Source of the DNA: Deltaproteobacteria bacterium
Lineage (GTDB): Bacteria; Desulfobacterota; Desulfomonilia; UBA1062
DNA: 32,550 bases
NCBI GenBank assembly: GCA_021162585.1
Contig: JAGGYK010000288.1
Span: 1 to 32,550, forward strand
Reading direction: 5' to 3'
Part shown: positions 25,157 through 32,550 of the stretch, piece by piece
Position numbering within the stretch: the first letter of the stretch is position 1
Layout of the letters: each line of letters begins with the position of its first letter
The notes under the pieces: model-generated
What the model saw: the letters and a program-made list of their open reading frames with translations, nothing else
Database searches by the model: none
Told to the model about the DNA's origin: nothing
Position numbers and translations under genes: made by a program

Positions 25157-25921
25157 GTGCAAAAATTTATAGCAGTCACTATACATGATGTAACAGAGGA
25201 TACACTTGAAGAGACTAAGGGTATTGCAGAGGCCCTTAATAGTATAGGGGTGACTAATATGTCTCTTCTCGTTATACCAATGCCCCACTCGGGTCTTCCA
25301 ATAGAGAAATCCCCGGCCCTAGTTTCATGGCTTAGGCACAGGGAAGCCCTAGGTGATGAGGTGGTAATACACGGCCTTACGCACTTCATAGACAGCCCAA
25401 AGGGCATAATAGGTCGATACTATGCCAGGGGAGTGGGGGAATTTCAACACCTGTCTTATGCTGTGGCAAGGGCCAGGTTAGACCAAGCCAACAAGGCATT
25501 TGTTGATATGGGTCTTGAGCCTAAAGGATTTGTAGCCCCGGCATGGCTTACGAGCAAAGGGACAAAAAACGCTATCCTTGATATGGGGTTTTACTATACC
25601 ACGCACATGGGCATCTGCTCTCCAGATAGGGCTTTCGTCCTTTCTCCGGTTATCGTATTTGGTGCAAGAAATCAGGCGACAGCCCTATTCTCTTCCGGAC
25701 TTGCGGATATCATGTCGCATGTATTGAGAAATACCTCCTGCTTCAGGGTGGCGCTTCACCCGCCAGATCTGTCCCGAAAAAGACTTTTTTATAAGGCTGT
25801 AGATATCATAAAGCAAGCTCTGGAGTGCAGGAAAGCTACTACTTATAATGATTTCCTGTCGTTTAACACTGCTACAGATATGGTTAATCAGAGGAGAAGA
25901 GAGGGGGATGTATGCGAATAG
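25157..25921 (+). CDS. DUF2334-family predicted deacetylase (glycoside hydrolase/deacetylase beta/alpha-barrel superfamily)
   Basis: The motif order matches the family pattern as I recall it: FIAVTIHDVTEDT, SLLVIPMPH, LVSWLRHREALGDEVVIHGLTH, FVAPAW. The start is uncertain. GTG 25157 has the only good SD, while ATG 25127 and GTG 25109 (the track start) have none and would overlap the sigma54 promoter candidate. Confidence 0.7.
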   Translation: MQKFIAVTIHDVTEDTLEETKGIAEALNSIGVTNMSLLVIPMPHSGLPIEKSPALVSWLRHREALGDEVVIHGLTHFIDSPKGIIGRYYARGVGEFQHLSYAVARARLDQANKAFVDMGLEPKGFVAPAWLTSKGTKNAILDMGFYYTTHMGICSPDRAFVLSPVIVFGARNQATALFSSGLADIMSHVLRNTSCFRVALHPPDLSRKRLFYKAVDIIKQALECRKATTYNDFLSFNTATDMVNQRRREGDVCE

Positions 25922-27177
25922 GGCTGTTTTCTAATACATATTGGCCGTTTACCGGAGGCGTGCCAGTGGCCGTGGATACTATGGCTGAACAACTTATGGC
26001 AAAGGGACATAAGGTCTCTATTATCACATCTACAAATGCTGGTGAAATGAAGGACCCCCCTTATGTTCACCGTATTAATTATCTCAGTCTCCCTGGTATC
26101 CCAGAGTCAAGATTGAAGATATCTAACCGGAACCAATGGATATGGAATCTCTTCTGGGCTATAGATACCCCTCTCGGAGGAAGGATAGCCCTTTCTGCGA
26201 GGGATCAAATCAGGCATATAGTCGAGGATGAAGCGATCGATATCATCCATGTAAACCAGCCATTTGGTCTGGGCCTGCAGGCACTTCTTGTAGCTAAAGA
26301 AAAAGGGATCCCCTGTATATATACCTTCCATACCCAATATGAACACTACCTGAAGGGCATCCTTGTTGAAAACCCCCTTATTTCTCATATTGTCTCGCAT
26401 TACAGCTATAAATTTGCCAATAGTTGCGACTATGTGATCGCCCCTTCTGAAACCATCAAAACATTACTGCTAAAGCACCATGTAAGGGTTCCAATAAAGG
26501 TTATACCTACTGGAGTAGGTAATGCATTTGCCTATAGGGGGAATAGGGCGTTTATAAGAAGAAAGTACAACATATCAAAAAATACAAAGGTGTTTATAAC
26601 AGTCTCCAGGCTTAGCTCCGCAAAGAATGTAGGGGCCATAATAAGGGCATTTTCTCTCATCCATGGTAAAGAACCTGATACACATCTTCTTATAGTAGGA
26701 GATGGTAGAGAAAAGGCCGCCTTAGAAAGGGAAGCGGAAAAGCTCGGTATAACAGACGCTGTTAGCTTTACAGGGGATATACCAAGAAAGAACCTTCCCC
26801 ATTATTATGCAGGCGCTGATATATTCCTATTTGCATCCAGATACGAATCCCAGGGGATTGTGCTTATCGAGGCCATGGCAACAGGGCTTCCCATAATATC
26901 CTTTGATATACCAGCTGCTCGGGAGGCGCTTAAGGGCTCAGGTGCATCCCTGGTAAATAATGCAGAGGAGATGGCCTTAAAGGCTGTATGTTTATTAAAG
27001 GATAAAAGCCTAAGAAGAGAGATATCCATTTGTTCCAGGGAAAAATCCTTACTGTTCGACCCATCAAGGCTTGCAGATGAGACATTAAAATTGTATACTT
27101 ATTTGATCACCGCTGATAACAAAAGGGTATCTTCCATTGCTCAGGATCTCATTATAGGGAATGCTGGTGTATCATGA
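25912..27177 (+). CDS. GT4-family (GT-B, retaining) glycosyltransferase, N-terminus resembling diacylglycerol glycosyltransferases
   Basis: The N-terminus MRIGLFSNTYWPFTGGVPVAVDTMAEQLMAKGHKVSIIT recalls alMGS/CpoA-type MRIG.F.DTY.P..GV starts. The E-x7-E motif is ESQGIVLIEAMATGLPIIS. A GAGGGGG SD is present. It overlaps the upstream gene by 10 nt. Confidence 0.85.
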   Translation: MRIGLFSNTYWPFTGGVPVAVDTMAEQLMAKGHKVSIITSTNAGEMKDPPYVHRINYLSLPGIPESRLKISNRNQWIWNLFWAIDTPLGGRIALSARDQIRHIVEDEAIDIIHVNQPFGLGLQALLVAKEKGIPCIYTFHTQYEHYLKGILVENPLISHIVSHYSYKFANSCDYVIAPSETIKTLLLKHHVRVPIKVIPTGVGNAFAYRGNRAFIRRKYNISKNTKVFITVSRLSSAKNVGAIIRAFSLIHGKEPDTHLLIVGDGREKAALEREAEKLGITDAVSFTGDIPRKNLPHYYAGADIFLFASRYESQGIVLIEAMATGLPIISFDIPAAREALKGSGASLVNNAEEMALKAVCLLKDKSLRREISICSREKSLLFDPSRLADETLKLYTYLITADNKRVSSIAQDLIIGNAGVS

Positions 27178-28181
27178 ATAGACTGAAGGTAAAACGTTAT
27201 TGGGTATGGTTATTCCTTATCATATCCGGCTTGGCTGCCATATTGATTTTAAAGAATATACCTCCTGGAGAATTGGCCCAAGGGCTAAAGATTATAAGCC
27301 CGTCAGGTCTGCTGGGCGCATTAAGTGCGGTACTTATCATGTGGGTAGCAGATGCCATGAGGTTAAAGGTCCTAAGCAGGGCTGCCGGATCAAACATAGG
27401 AGTAGCCACAGGGTTGAGACTTGTGTGGGGAGGGCTTCTTTTCTCAGGCATTACCCCCTTTGAATTCGGGGGAGGGGCATACCAAATCCTTTTGATGAAT
27501 AAGAAAGGCCTGAGTTCTGCTGAGAGCACGGCAATCATTACCACAAAAGGCCTGCTTGCCATGATAGTCCTCTTAGTTATGGCACCTGTTGTACTCTGTC
27601 TTTATCCAGGGGTTTTACCCCATAGTGCGTTTAAATACCTTATGGTTGTTACATGTACACTCATGAGCATAAGCTCAACTATCATGGTAATATCATGCCT
27701 GAGACCAATGATTGTGACCAGCACAGGCCATAAGATCTTATCCGTTTTTTTTAAAGCCCATATAATCCATAGGCCTACAAAAACCAGATGGGATAAGGCA
27801 TGGAGTGTATGGGCAGATCAATGCCATAGTTCATTCATTACTATCTTCAGGAAAGGCAGTGGAATCTATATGACTGCTGCCACTATATGTACGTTTGTCT
27901 TCTTATTAGGTCAATTTGCTGTGGCCCCGCTCCTATTAATAGGGGCAGGTATTCATATAGATATGTGGCAACTGATACTCCTCCAGTTTCCCCTTACTGT
28001 ATTACTGTATTTCATACCAACACCTGGCTCCAGTGGGGTGGCGGAAGGTGGGTTCTATGTAATATTTGCATCATTTGCCCCACCTGTCTTAATAGGTATG
28101 TTGACATTAATGTGGCGTTTTTTAACCTTTTATCTGGGTATGATCTTGGGCATGATATTCGTACCTGTCAGAGCCGAGTAA
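27174..28181 (+). CDS. UPF0104 / LPG_synthase_TM (MprF flippase-domain-like) polytopic membrane protein, second copy in window
   Basis: 335 aa and multi-TM. The family-typical stretch is ADAMRLKVLSRAAGSNIGVATGLRLVWGGLLFSGITPFEFGGGAYQILLMNKKGL. Its start overlaps the GT4 stop as ATGA. Confidence 0.7.
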   Translation: MNRLKVKRYWVWLFLIISGLAAILILKNIPPGELAQGLKIISPSGLLGALSAVLIMWVADAMRLKVLSRAAGSNIGVATGLRLVWGGLLFSGITPFEFGGGAYQILLMNKKGLSSAESTAIITTKGLLAMIVLLVMAPVVLCLYPGVLPHSAFKYLMVVTCTLMSISSTIMVISCLRPMIVTSTGHKILSVFFKAHIIHRPTKTRWDKAWSVWADQCHSSFITIFRKGSGIYMTAATICTFVFLLGQFAVAPLLLIGAGIHIDMWQLILLQFPLTVLLYFIPTPGSSGVAEGGFYVIFASFAPPVLIGMLTLMWRFLTFYLGMILGMIFVPVRAE

Positions 28182-28185
28182 CGCT

Positions 28186-29541
28186 ATGACCACAGAGCCA
28201 GATACCATTTATACTCCCAGGTTTAGAGGGCTGGTGATCTTTGTGTTGATAATAGGATTTGGGATATTATTAGGAATTTTATTTAGCCGCGAGGCCATGT
28301 ATGAAACAAGGGTCAGGATCGATTTACTAAAAAAGGAAGCACATACTATTACAGCGCTACTTAAAGACCCGGCTATAAGGTATATAAAATCAGATAAAAA
28401 AGATACTATGTTTGAAAAGATGGTCTCCATCCTGGGTTCTTCGTCACTAGGCGTTCTTGAGGTCCATCTACTTAATGCTGAAGATATTGAGATCTTTGGC
28501 ACCAAAAAGGAACATAGGGATATAAGTCAAAAAAAGAAGTATAATTTCAATATGATATTAAAAAAATTAGAGGGGGGACGTCTTGGCCTCCAGATAAGAA
28601 CCCCTCTTTATTCTGATAGCACACTTCTAGGTTTTATGGAGATAAATTACCCGGAAGACCTAAGCCACAGCTCATTCTTTAAGAGTAAGAAAGAGGTAAG
28701 ACGAGAAACTATTATGCTTATAATAGCGGTCACAATCACTGTCCTCATTATTATATACATACTGCTCATCCGTTATGACAGACATACTGCCGTAGCTATT
28801 ACTAAGGAAATGGAGCAAAGGAACCTGGCGCTATCTGAGGAGGTAAAGAGAAATGAACGTCTGGCAGTCCTGGGTAGGATGACAGCATCCATTGCACATG
28901 ACCTCAGGAGCCCTATTACCTCAATAAAGACCTTTGCCCAACTCCTGGAAACAAAATATAATGACCCTGAATTCCGAAAAGATTTTATTAGGACTGCGAT
29001 TAACCAGAGCGACCGCATAGACCGGTTTATAAACAATATGCTGGACTATGCGAGGCCCCTTACCCTGCATATGGATCTCTGGGACATCTCTGGGGTCATA
29101 GACGATGCAATGATGGAGGTGACTGGTCCAGAGAGAAAAGATGTGGCCATCAATAAAGAAGTCCCCAATGGCATGATGGTGATGTGTGATAGGGACCATA
29201 TGCTTACTCTAATAGAAAACATCATCTTAAATGCCTGTCAGGCTGTAGACCCTGGCGGGCAGATTATGATAAAGGCCGGGGATTTAGACAGGTCTTTCTT
29301 TATAGAGATAACAGATAATGGACGCGGGATATCTCAAAAGATACGAGAGCATATATTTGAACCGTTTTTCACCACAAAAAACCATGGTACAGGACTAGGT
29401 CTGGCCATATGTGAAAAGGTAGTTAATGCACATCACGGCAGGATAGAGGTGGACTCTAGTCCAGAGAAAGGCACAAGCGTAAAGGTGATTATACCTGCGC
29501 AGGAAGATCGAGATGAAACGATTATTGATAGTCGACGATGA
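28186..29541 (+). CDS. membrane sensor histidine kinase (TM - about 150 aa extracytoplasmic domain - TM - HisKA - HATPase_c), NtrB/AtoS-like
   Basis: The TM helices are LVIFVLIIGFGILLGILF and IMLIIAVTITVLIIIYILLI. The H-box is SIAHDLRSPIT, the N-box is IILNACQA, and the G-boxes are DNGRGI and GTGLGLAI. It starts 4 nt after the UPF0104 stop. Confidence 0.85.
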   Translation: MTTEPDTIYTPRFRGLVIFVLIIGFGILLGILFSREAMYETRVRIDLLKKEAHTITALLKDPAIRYIKSDKKDTMFEKMVSILGSSSLGVLEVHLLNAEDIEIFGTKKEHRDISQKKKYNFNMILKKLEGGRLGLQIRTPLYSDSTLLGFMEINYPEDLSHSSFFKSKKEVRRETIMLIIAVTITVLIIIYILLIRYDRHTAVAITKEMEQRNLALSEEVKRNERLAVLGRMTASIAHDLRSPITSIKTFAQLLETKYNDPEFRKDFIRTAINQSDRIDRFINNMLDYARPLTLHMDLWDISGVIDDAMMEVTGPERKDVAINKEVPNGMMVMCDRDHMLTLIENIILNACQAVDPGGQIMIKAGDLDRSFFIEITDNGRGISQKIREHIFEPFFTTKNHGTGLGLAICEKVVNAHHGRIEVDSSPEKGTSVKVIIPAQEDRDETIIDSRR

Positions 29542-30841
29542 CGATGCCATAAGACTCTCTCTTGCAACTGCCTTTAAAGACACCTTTGAGACGAGAGAGG
29601 CATCAGGCGGAAGAGATGCTATAGATATACTGGGAGAATGGCTGCCCGACGTGGTTCTTCTAGATCAACGTATGTTTGACATGGATGGCCTTGAGACGCT
29701 CAGCCACATAAAAGACATTGATCCTGATATCCCTGTAGTTATGATAACTGCCTATGGTACGATATCAGATGCAGTAAAGGCCATGAAACAGGGGGCCACA
29801 GACTATATTCAAAAACCCTATGATATAGAGGAGGTTCGGATAATAGTAAACAGGGCAGCAACCATAGGGGCTATGAAGAGAGAAATCAAGGAACTCAAGG
29901 GCGAAATGAACATGTTTGGTATGGTAGGGGCTAGTGAGGCCATGAAGGATGTCTTTGAGACCATAGAAGAATTTGCCCCAACTGACATCAATATCTTGAT
30001 TACTGGCCCTACAGGTGTAGGTAAAGAGATGGCTGCAAGGGCCATACATCATAAGAGTTTGAGAAGAGAAGGCGTTTTTGTCCCCATAAACCTGGCTGCT
30101 ATACCGGAAAGCCTAATGGAATCTGAACTCTTTGGTTATGATAAAGGGGCATTTACAGGGGCGAGTACAAGCAAAGCCGGCAAGGTGGAACTCGGTGATA
30201 AAGGCACACTTTTCCTGGATGAAATAGGCGATATGGGTAAGACCCTGCAGGCAAAGTTACTTCGATTCTTAGAGACCAGGGTAGTGGAACGCCTGGGCAG
30301 TACACGCTATCGGCCTGTTGATGTAAGGATAATATCAGCTACTAATCAGGATTTATCTAATGCAGTAGATACAGGGGCCTTCAGGGAAGACCTTTTTTAC
30401 CGGCTTAATACAGTATATATAAATATACCTCCGCTTAAGGAAAGACTTGTGGATATTTCAATTTTAACAGATCATTTTATCTCAATCTATAATCAAAGAT
30501 TTAAAAAAGACATCCAGGATGTATCTAAAGAGGTTATGGATAGATTTCTTTCATATCCATGGCGAGGCAATGTGAGGGAGCTTATGCACACAATAGAATT
30601 TGGAGTGGCCAAGTGCAAGCAATCACTTATATCACTTTCTGATCTGCCACCACAGATGCTGTCTTCACAACAGACAGTTAATGGAGAATCTGCCATGGTT
30701 GAAGAAGTAAAACAACTGGAACGTCAGATGATACAGAATGCACTTATTACTACGGACAGCAATCGCACTAAGGCAGCAGAACTTCTTGGTATAAGCTTGA
30801 GATCACTGCAATACAAACTTAAAAAATATAATATGGTTTGA
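29513..30841 (+). CDS. sigma54-dependent response regulator (NtrC/AtoC family)
   Basis: Starts MKRLLIVDDDD and has the REC motif LLDQRMFDMDG. Walker A is GPTGVGKE, with the GAFTGA loop and Walker B GTLFLDEIG. The Fis-type HTH is NRTKAAELLGISLRSLQYKLKKY. It overlaps the HK by 29 nt and has an AGGAAG SD. Confidence 0.9.
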   Translation: MKRLLIVDDDDAIRLSLATAFKDTFETREASGGRDAIDILGEWLPDVVLLDQRMFDMDGLETLSHIKDIDPDIPVVMITAYGTISDAVKAMKQGATDYIQKPYDIEEVRIIVNRAATIGAMKREIKELKGEMNMFGMVGASEAMKDVFETIEEFAPTDINILITGPTGVGKEMAARAIHHKSLRREGVFVPINLAAIPESLMESELFGYDKGAFTGASTSKAGKVELGDKGTLFLDEIGDMGKTLQAKLLRFLETRVVERLGSTRYRPVDVRIISATNQDLSNAVDTGAFREDLFYRLNTVYINIPPLKERLVDISILTDHFISIYNQRFKKDIQDVSKEVMDRFLSYPWRGNVRELMHTIEFGVAKCKQSLISLSDLPPQMLSSQQTVNGESAMVEEVKQLERQMIQNALITTDSNRTKAAELLGISLRSLQYKLKKYNMV

Positions 30842-30933
30842 TGATATTAATTAATGGTATGAACCCCAGAGCAAGCTTTTGCCTTTTATCCACAGCAGGC
30901 TACGGGCAATCAAATACAACCCTTCTTGTCTAC

Positions 30934-30951
30934 CGGAACGGACGCGAAGGC
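30934..30951 (+). repeat. right copy of the 18/19-nt direct repeat flanking the plus-strand operon
   Basis: cggaacggacgcgaaggc lies 93 nt after the stop of the sigma54 regulator. Confidence 0.75.
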
Positions 30952-31149
30952 TTGGGTCTCATATCAAGTTGCGTTCAACCGAGTACTTTCCAAAATTGTC
31001 GTTGCGAGCGTAACTCCTTTCTACTGAGTTCACGTGCTCCCAGACGAGGAAACGCCATTGCTAGGCGTATGCCTGGAAGTATAACTATAACCAGGGAGAG
31101 GAAGGAGATGGCAACAAGGACATTTCTTATACTATTATCAATATCTGCT

Positions 31150-32452
31150 CTACCTTATTATGGTCGTATCCATTATGGCGCCATGCCTGAATATCCTTAA
31201 AGAAATCTTGTGCCCAGAAAGACCAGACAAGACCTCTTTAAACCCTCCTATGCCCTCTATATCCTTACCATTTATCCTTATAATGACATCTCCCGGGGCT
31301 AGGCCAGTGGAGGCTGCCGGGCTACGTGCTTTTACCTTAAAGACAAGAACGCCTTTTAAATCTTGAGGAAAACTCAATCTTTCTCTTGTTACATCCGTTA
31401 TCTCTCCAACAGTAGCGCCTGCTAAAAATCTATTGTCCTTTATCACAAACTCGTTTGATGTAATCTTGGCCTTGGATAGATCGCCTATGATAATACTGGA
31501 AACCTTCTCTTTTCCATTTCTTAAAATCTTGACCCTTGCTGAAGATCCGGGCAGAAGCTCCGATGCCATAATCCTTAACCCAGATGCCTGTGTAACCTTC
31601 TTTGAGTTTATCTCTAGAATAACATCACCCCTTTTAATACCACCCTTATCCGCAGGAGAATCATCCACCACACCAGCAACCAGAACACCTTTAGTAGAGG
31701 TAAGGTGCATGGCCTTTGCAATCTTTGGTGTGATGTCCTGAACAGTAACGCCAAACCACCCCCTTACTACCTTGCCATAGCGAATAATACTCTCCTTTAT
31801 ATTTATGGCCAGATCAACCGGTATGGCAAACCCAATGCCGACATTTCCTCCTGACTTCGACAAAATAGCGGTGTTAATCCCAATAAGTTCTCCCTTCATA
31901 TTCACAAGCGCACTTATAATCCCCATGGTTACAGTCTGACTCAAACCAAAGGGATTACCAACAGCCAACACCACGGTCCCTATACGTAAATTCGAGGAAT
32001 TCCCTATAGCTATGGCAGGCAGGTCCTTGGCTGCTATCTTTATTACAGCAACATCACTCTTCGGATCGCTACCTATAATACTAGCCTCAAAAATCCTCCC
32101 GTCAGCCAGCCTCACCTCTACCTTATCCGCGCCACCTACCATGTGATTATTCGTAATAATATATCCATCCCATGAGATGATAACTCCAGATCCTAATGCC
32201 TTTTCTAATCTCTTGCGAGGCACAGGATCAAAAAAAATCCTTAAAGAATGGATCAGACAAAAACGGGGATTGTTCTGCCATCACCGTCTTTACCGAAGAG
32301 ATATTCACTACAGACGGCAACACCTTCTTAGCCACATCAGCTATCAGATCCCCTTGAAATAGATCCCGCGGGGCAGCATAAGATGATCTACTCAAAAGTA
32401 TAAATAAAACAGAGGCCATTAATACTATCTTAATCTTGCTATTTCTTTGCAT
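31150..32452 (-). pseudogene. htrA: HtrA/DegP-family periplasmic serine protease with two PDZ domains, frameshifted and lacking the catalytic-serine segment
   Basis: ORF 32228..32452 encodes the signal peptide and N-terminus (LPSVVNISS...FFKDFF). ORF 31150..32223 continues in a different frame (LGSGVIIS.DGYIITNNHMV, SDVAVIKI, two PDZ domains). The junction is an A8/T8 run at 32230-32237, and removing one base fuses the frames. The family block GRS...IQTDAAINxGNSGGxL is absent between GIISAL and VNMKGELIGINTAI. Confidence 0.8.
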
Positions 32453-32532
32453 GTGTTCCTCCCATAAATTGCTGGGGAAAAACTATCACAATTGTTTTTT
32501 GCTCGTCAATTACTAAAGCCTGCACGAGAAAA

Positions 32533-32550
32533 GTTCAATGTTCTATGTTC
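32533..32550 (-). repeat. heptanucleotide array of the GAAC family (reverse orientation), running off the window end
   Basis: GTTC occurs at 32533, 32540 and 32547. The reverse complement gaacatagaacattgaac is nearly the same as tagaacatagaactttgaac at 10781. Confidence 0.7.

Noticed and set aside
30838-31200. A 120-aa ORF downstream of the sigma54 regulator.
   Set aside because: It spans the repeat-bearing intergenic region (including the cggaacggacgcgaaggc word) and overlaps the htrA 3' end. It has no motifs and no SD.

Overview
This 32.5-kb chromosomal window comes from an AT-leaning diderm bacterium. The phylum cannot be determined from the sequence alone. I saw no rRNA, tRNA, CRISPR array, transposase or integrase. 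Left part (1-10.6 kb): proC, a truncated LOG-family fragment, an ExeA-like AAA+ ATPase fused to TM-LysM-SPOR, a sigma54-type two-component pair (GAF-PAS kinase plus NtrC-like regulator), ffh, and a hotdog-fold/FAD-oxidoreductase pair. Centre (10.9-24.5 kb, all minus strand): an expanded arn (4-amino-4-deoxy-L-arabinose lipid A modification) locus. Its transcription order is arnT-like-3, CusR/CusS-type RR and HK, arnT-like-2, arnT-like-1, arnB, a UPF0104 flippase-like membrane protein, arnC, arnA formyltransferase half, arnA decarboxylase half, arnD, and a small outer-membrane beta-barrel. Most junctions overlap or abut. arnA is split into two genes, and no arnE/arnF is present. Right part (25.1-30.8 kb, plus strand, divergent from arn): a tightly coupled five-gene operon of a DUF2334 deacetylase-like protein, a GT4 glycosyltransferase, a second UPF0104 flippase-like protein, a membrane histidine kinase and a sigma54 enhancer-binding response regulator. 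A correctly spaced -24/-12 sigma54 promoter candidate precedes it. I consider this the best candidate for an undescribed system: an amino-glycolipid or cationic envelope-lipid pathway paired with arn. The window ends with an HtrA/DegP gene that is frameshifted at a T8 run and lacks the catalytic-serine segment. Nearly every intergenic gap carries short heptanucleotide-periodic tandem arrays (TCAGCNN, NNGACTN, GAAC-type, TTGGGTK, GTCGAGA, GAAGATA) plus other short shared words.
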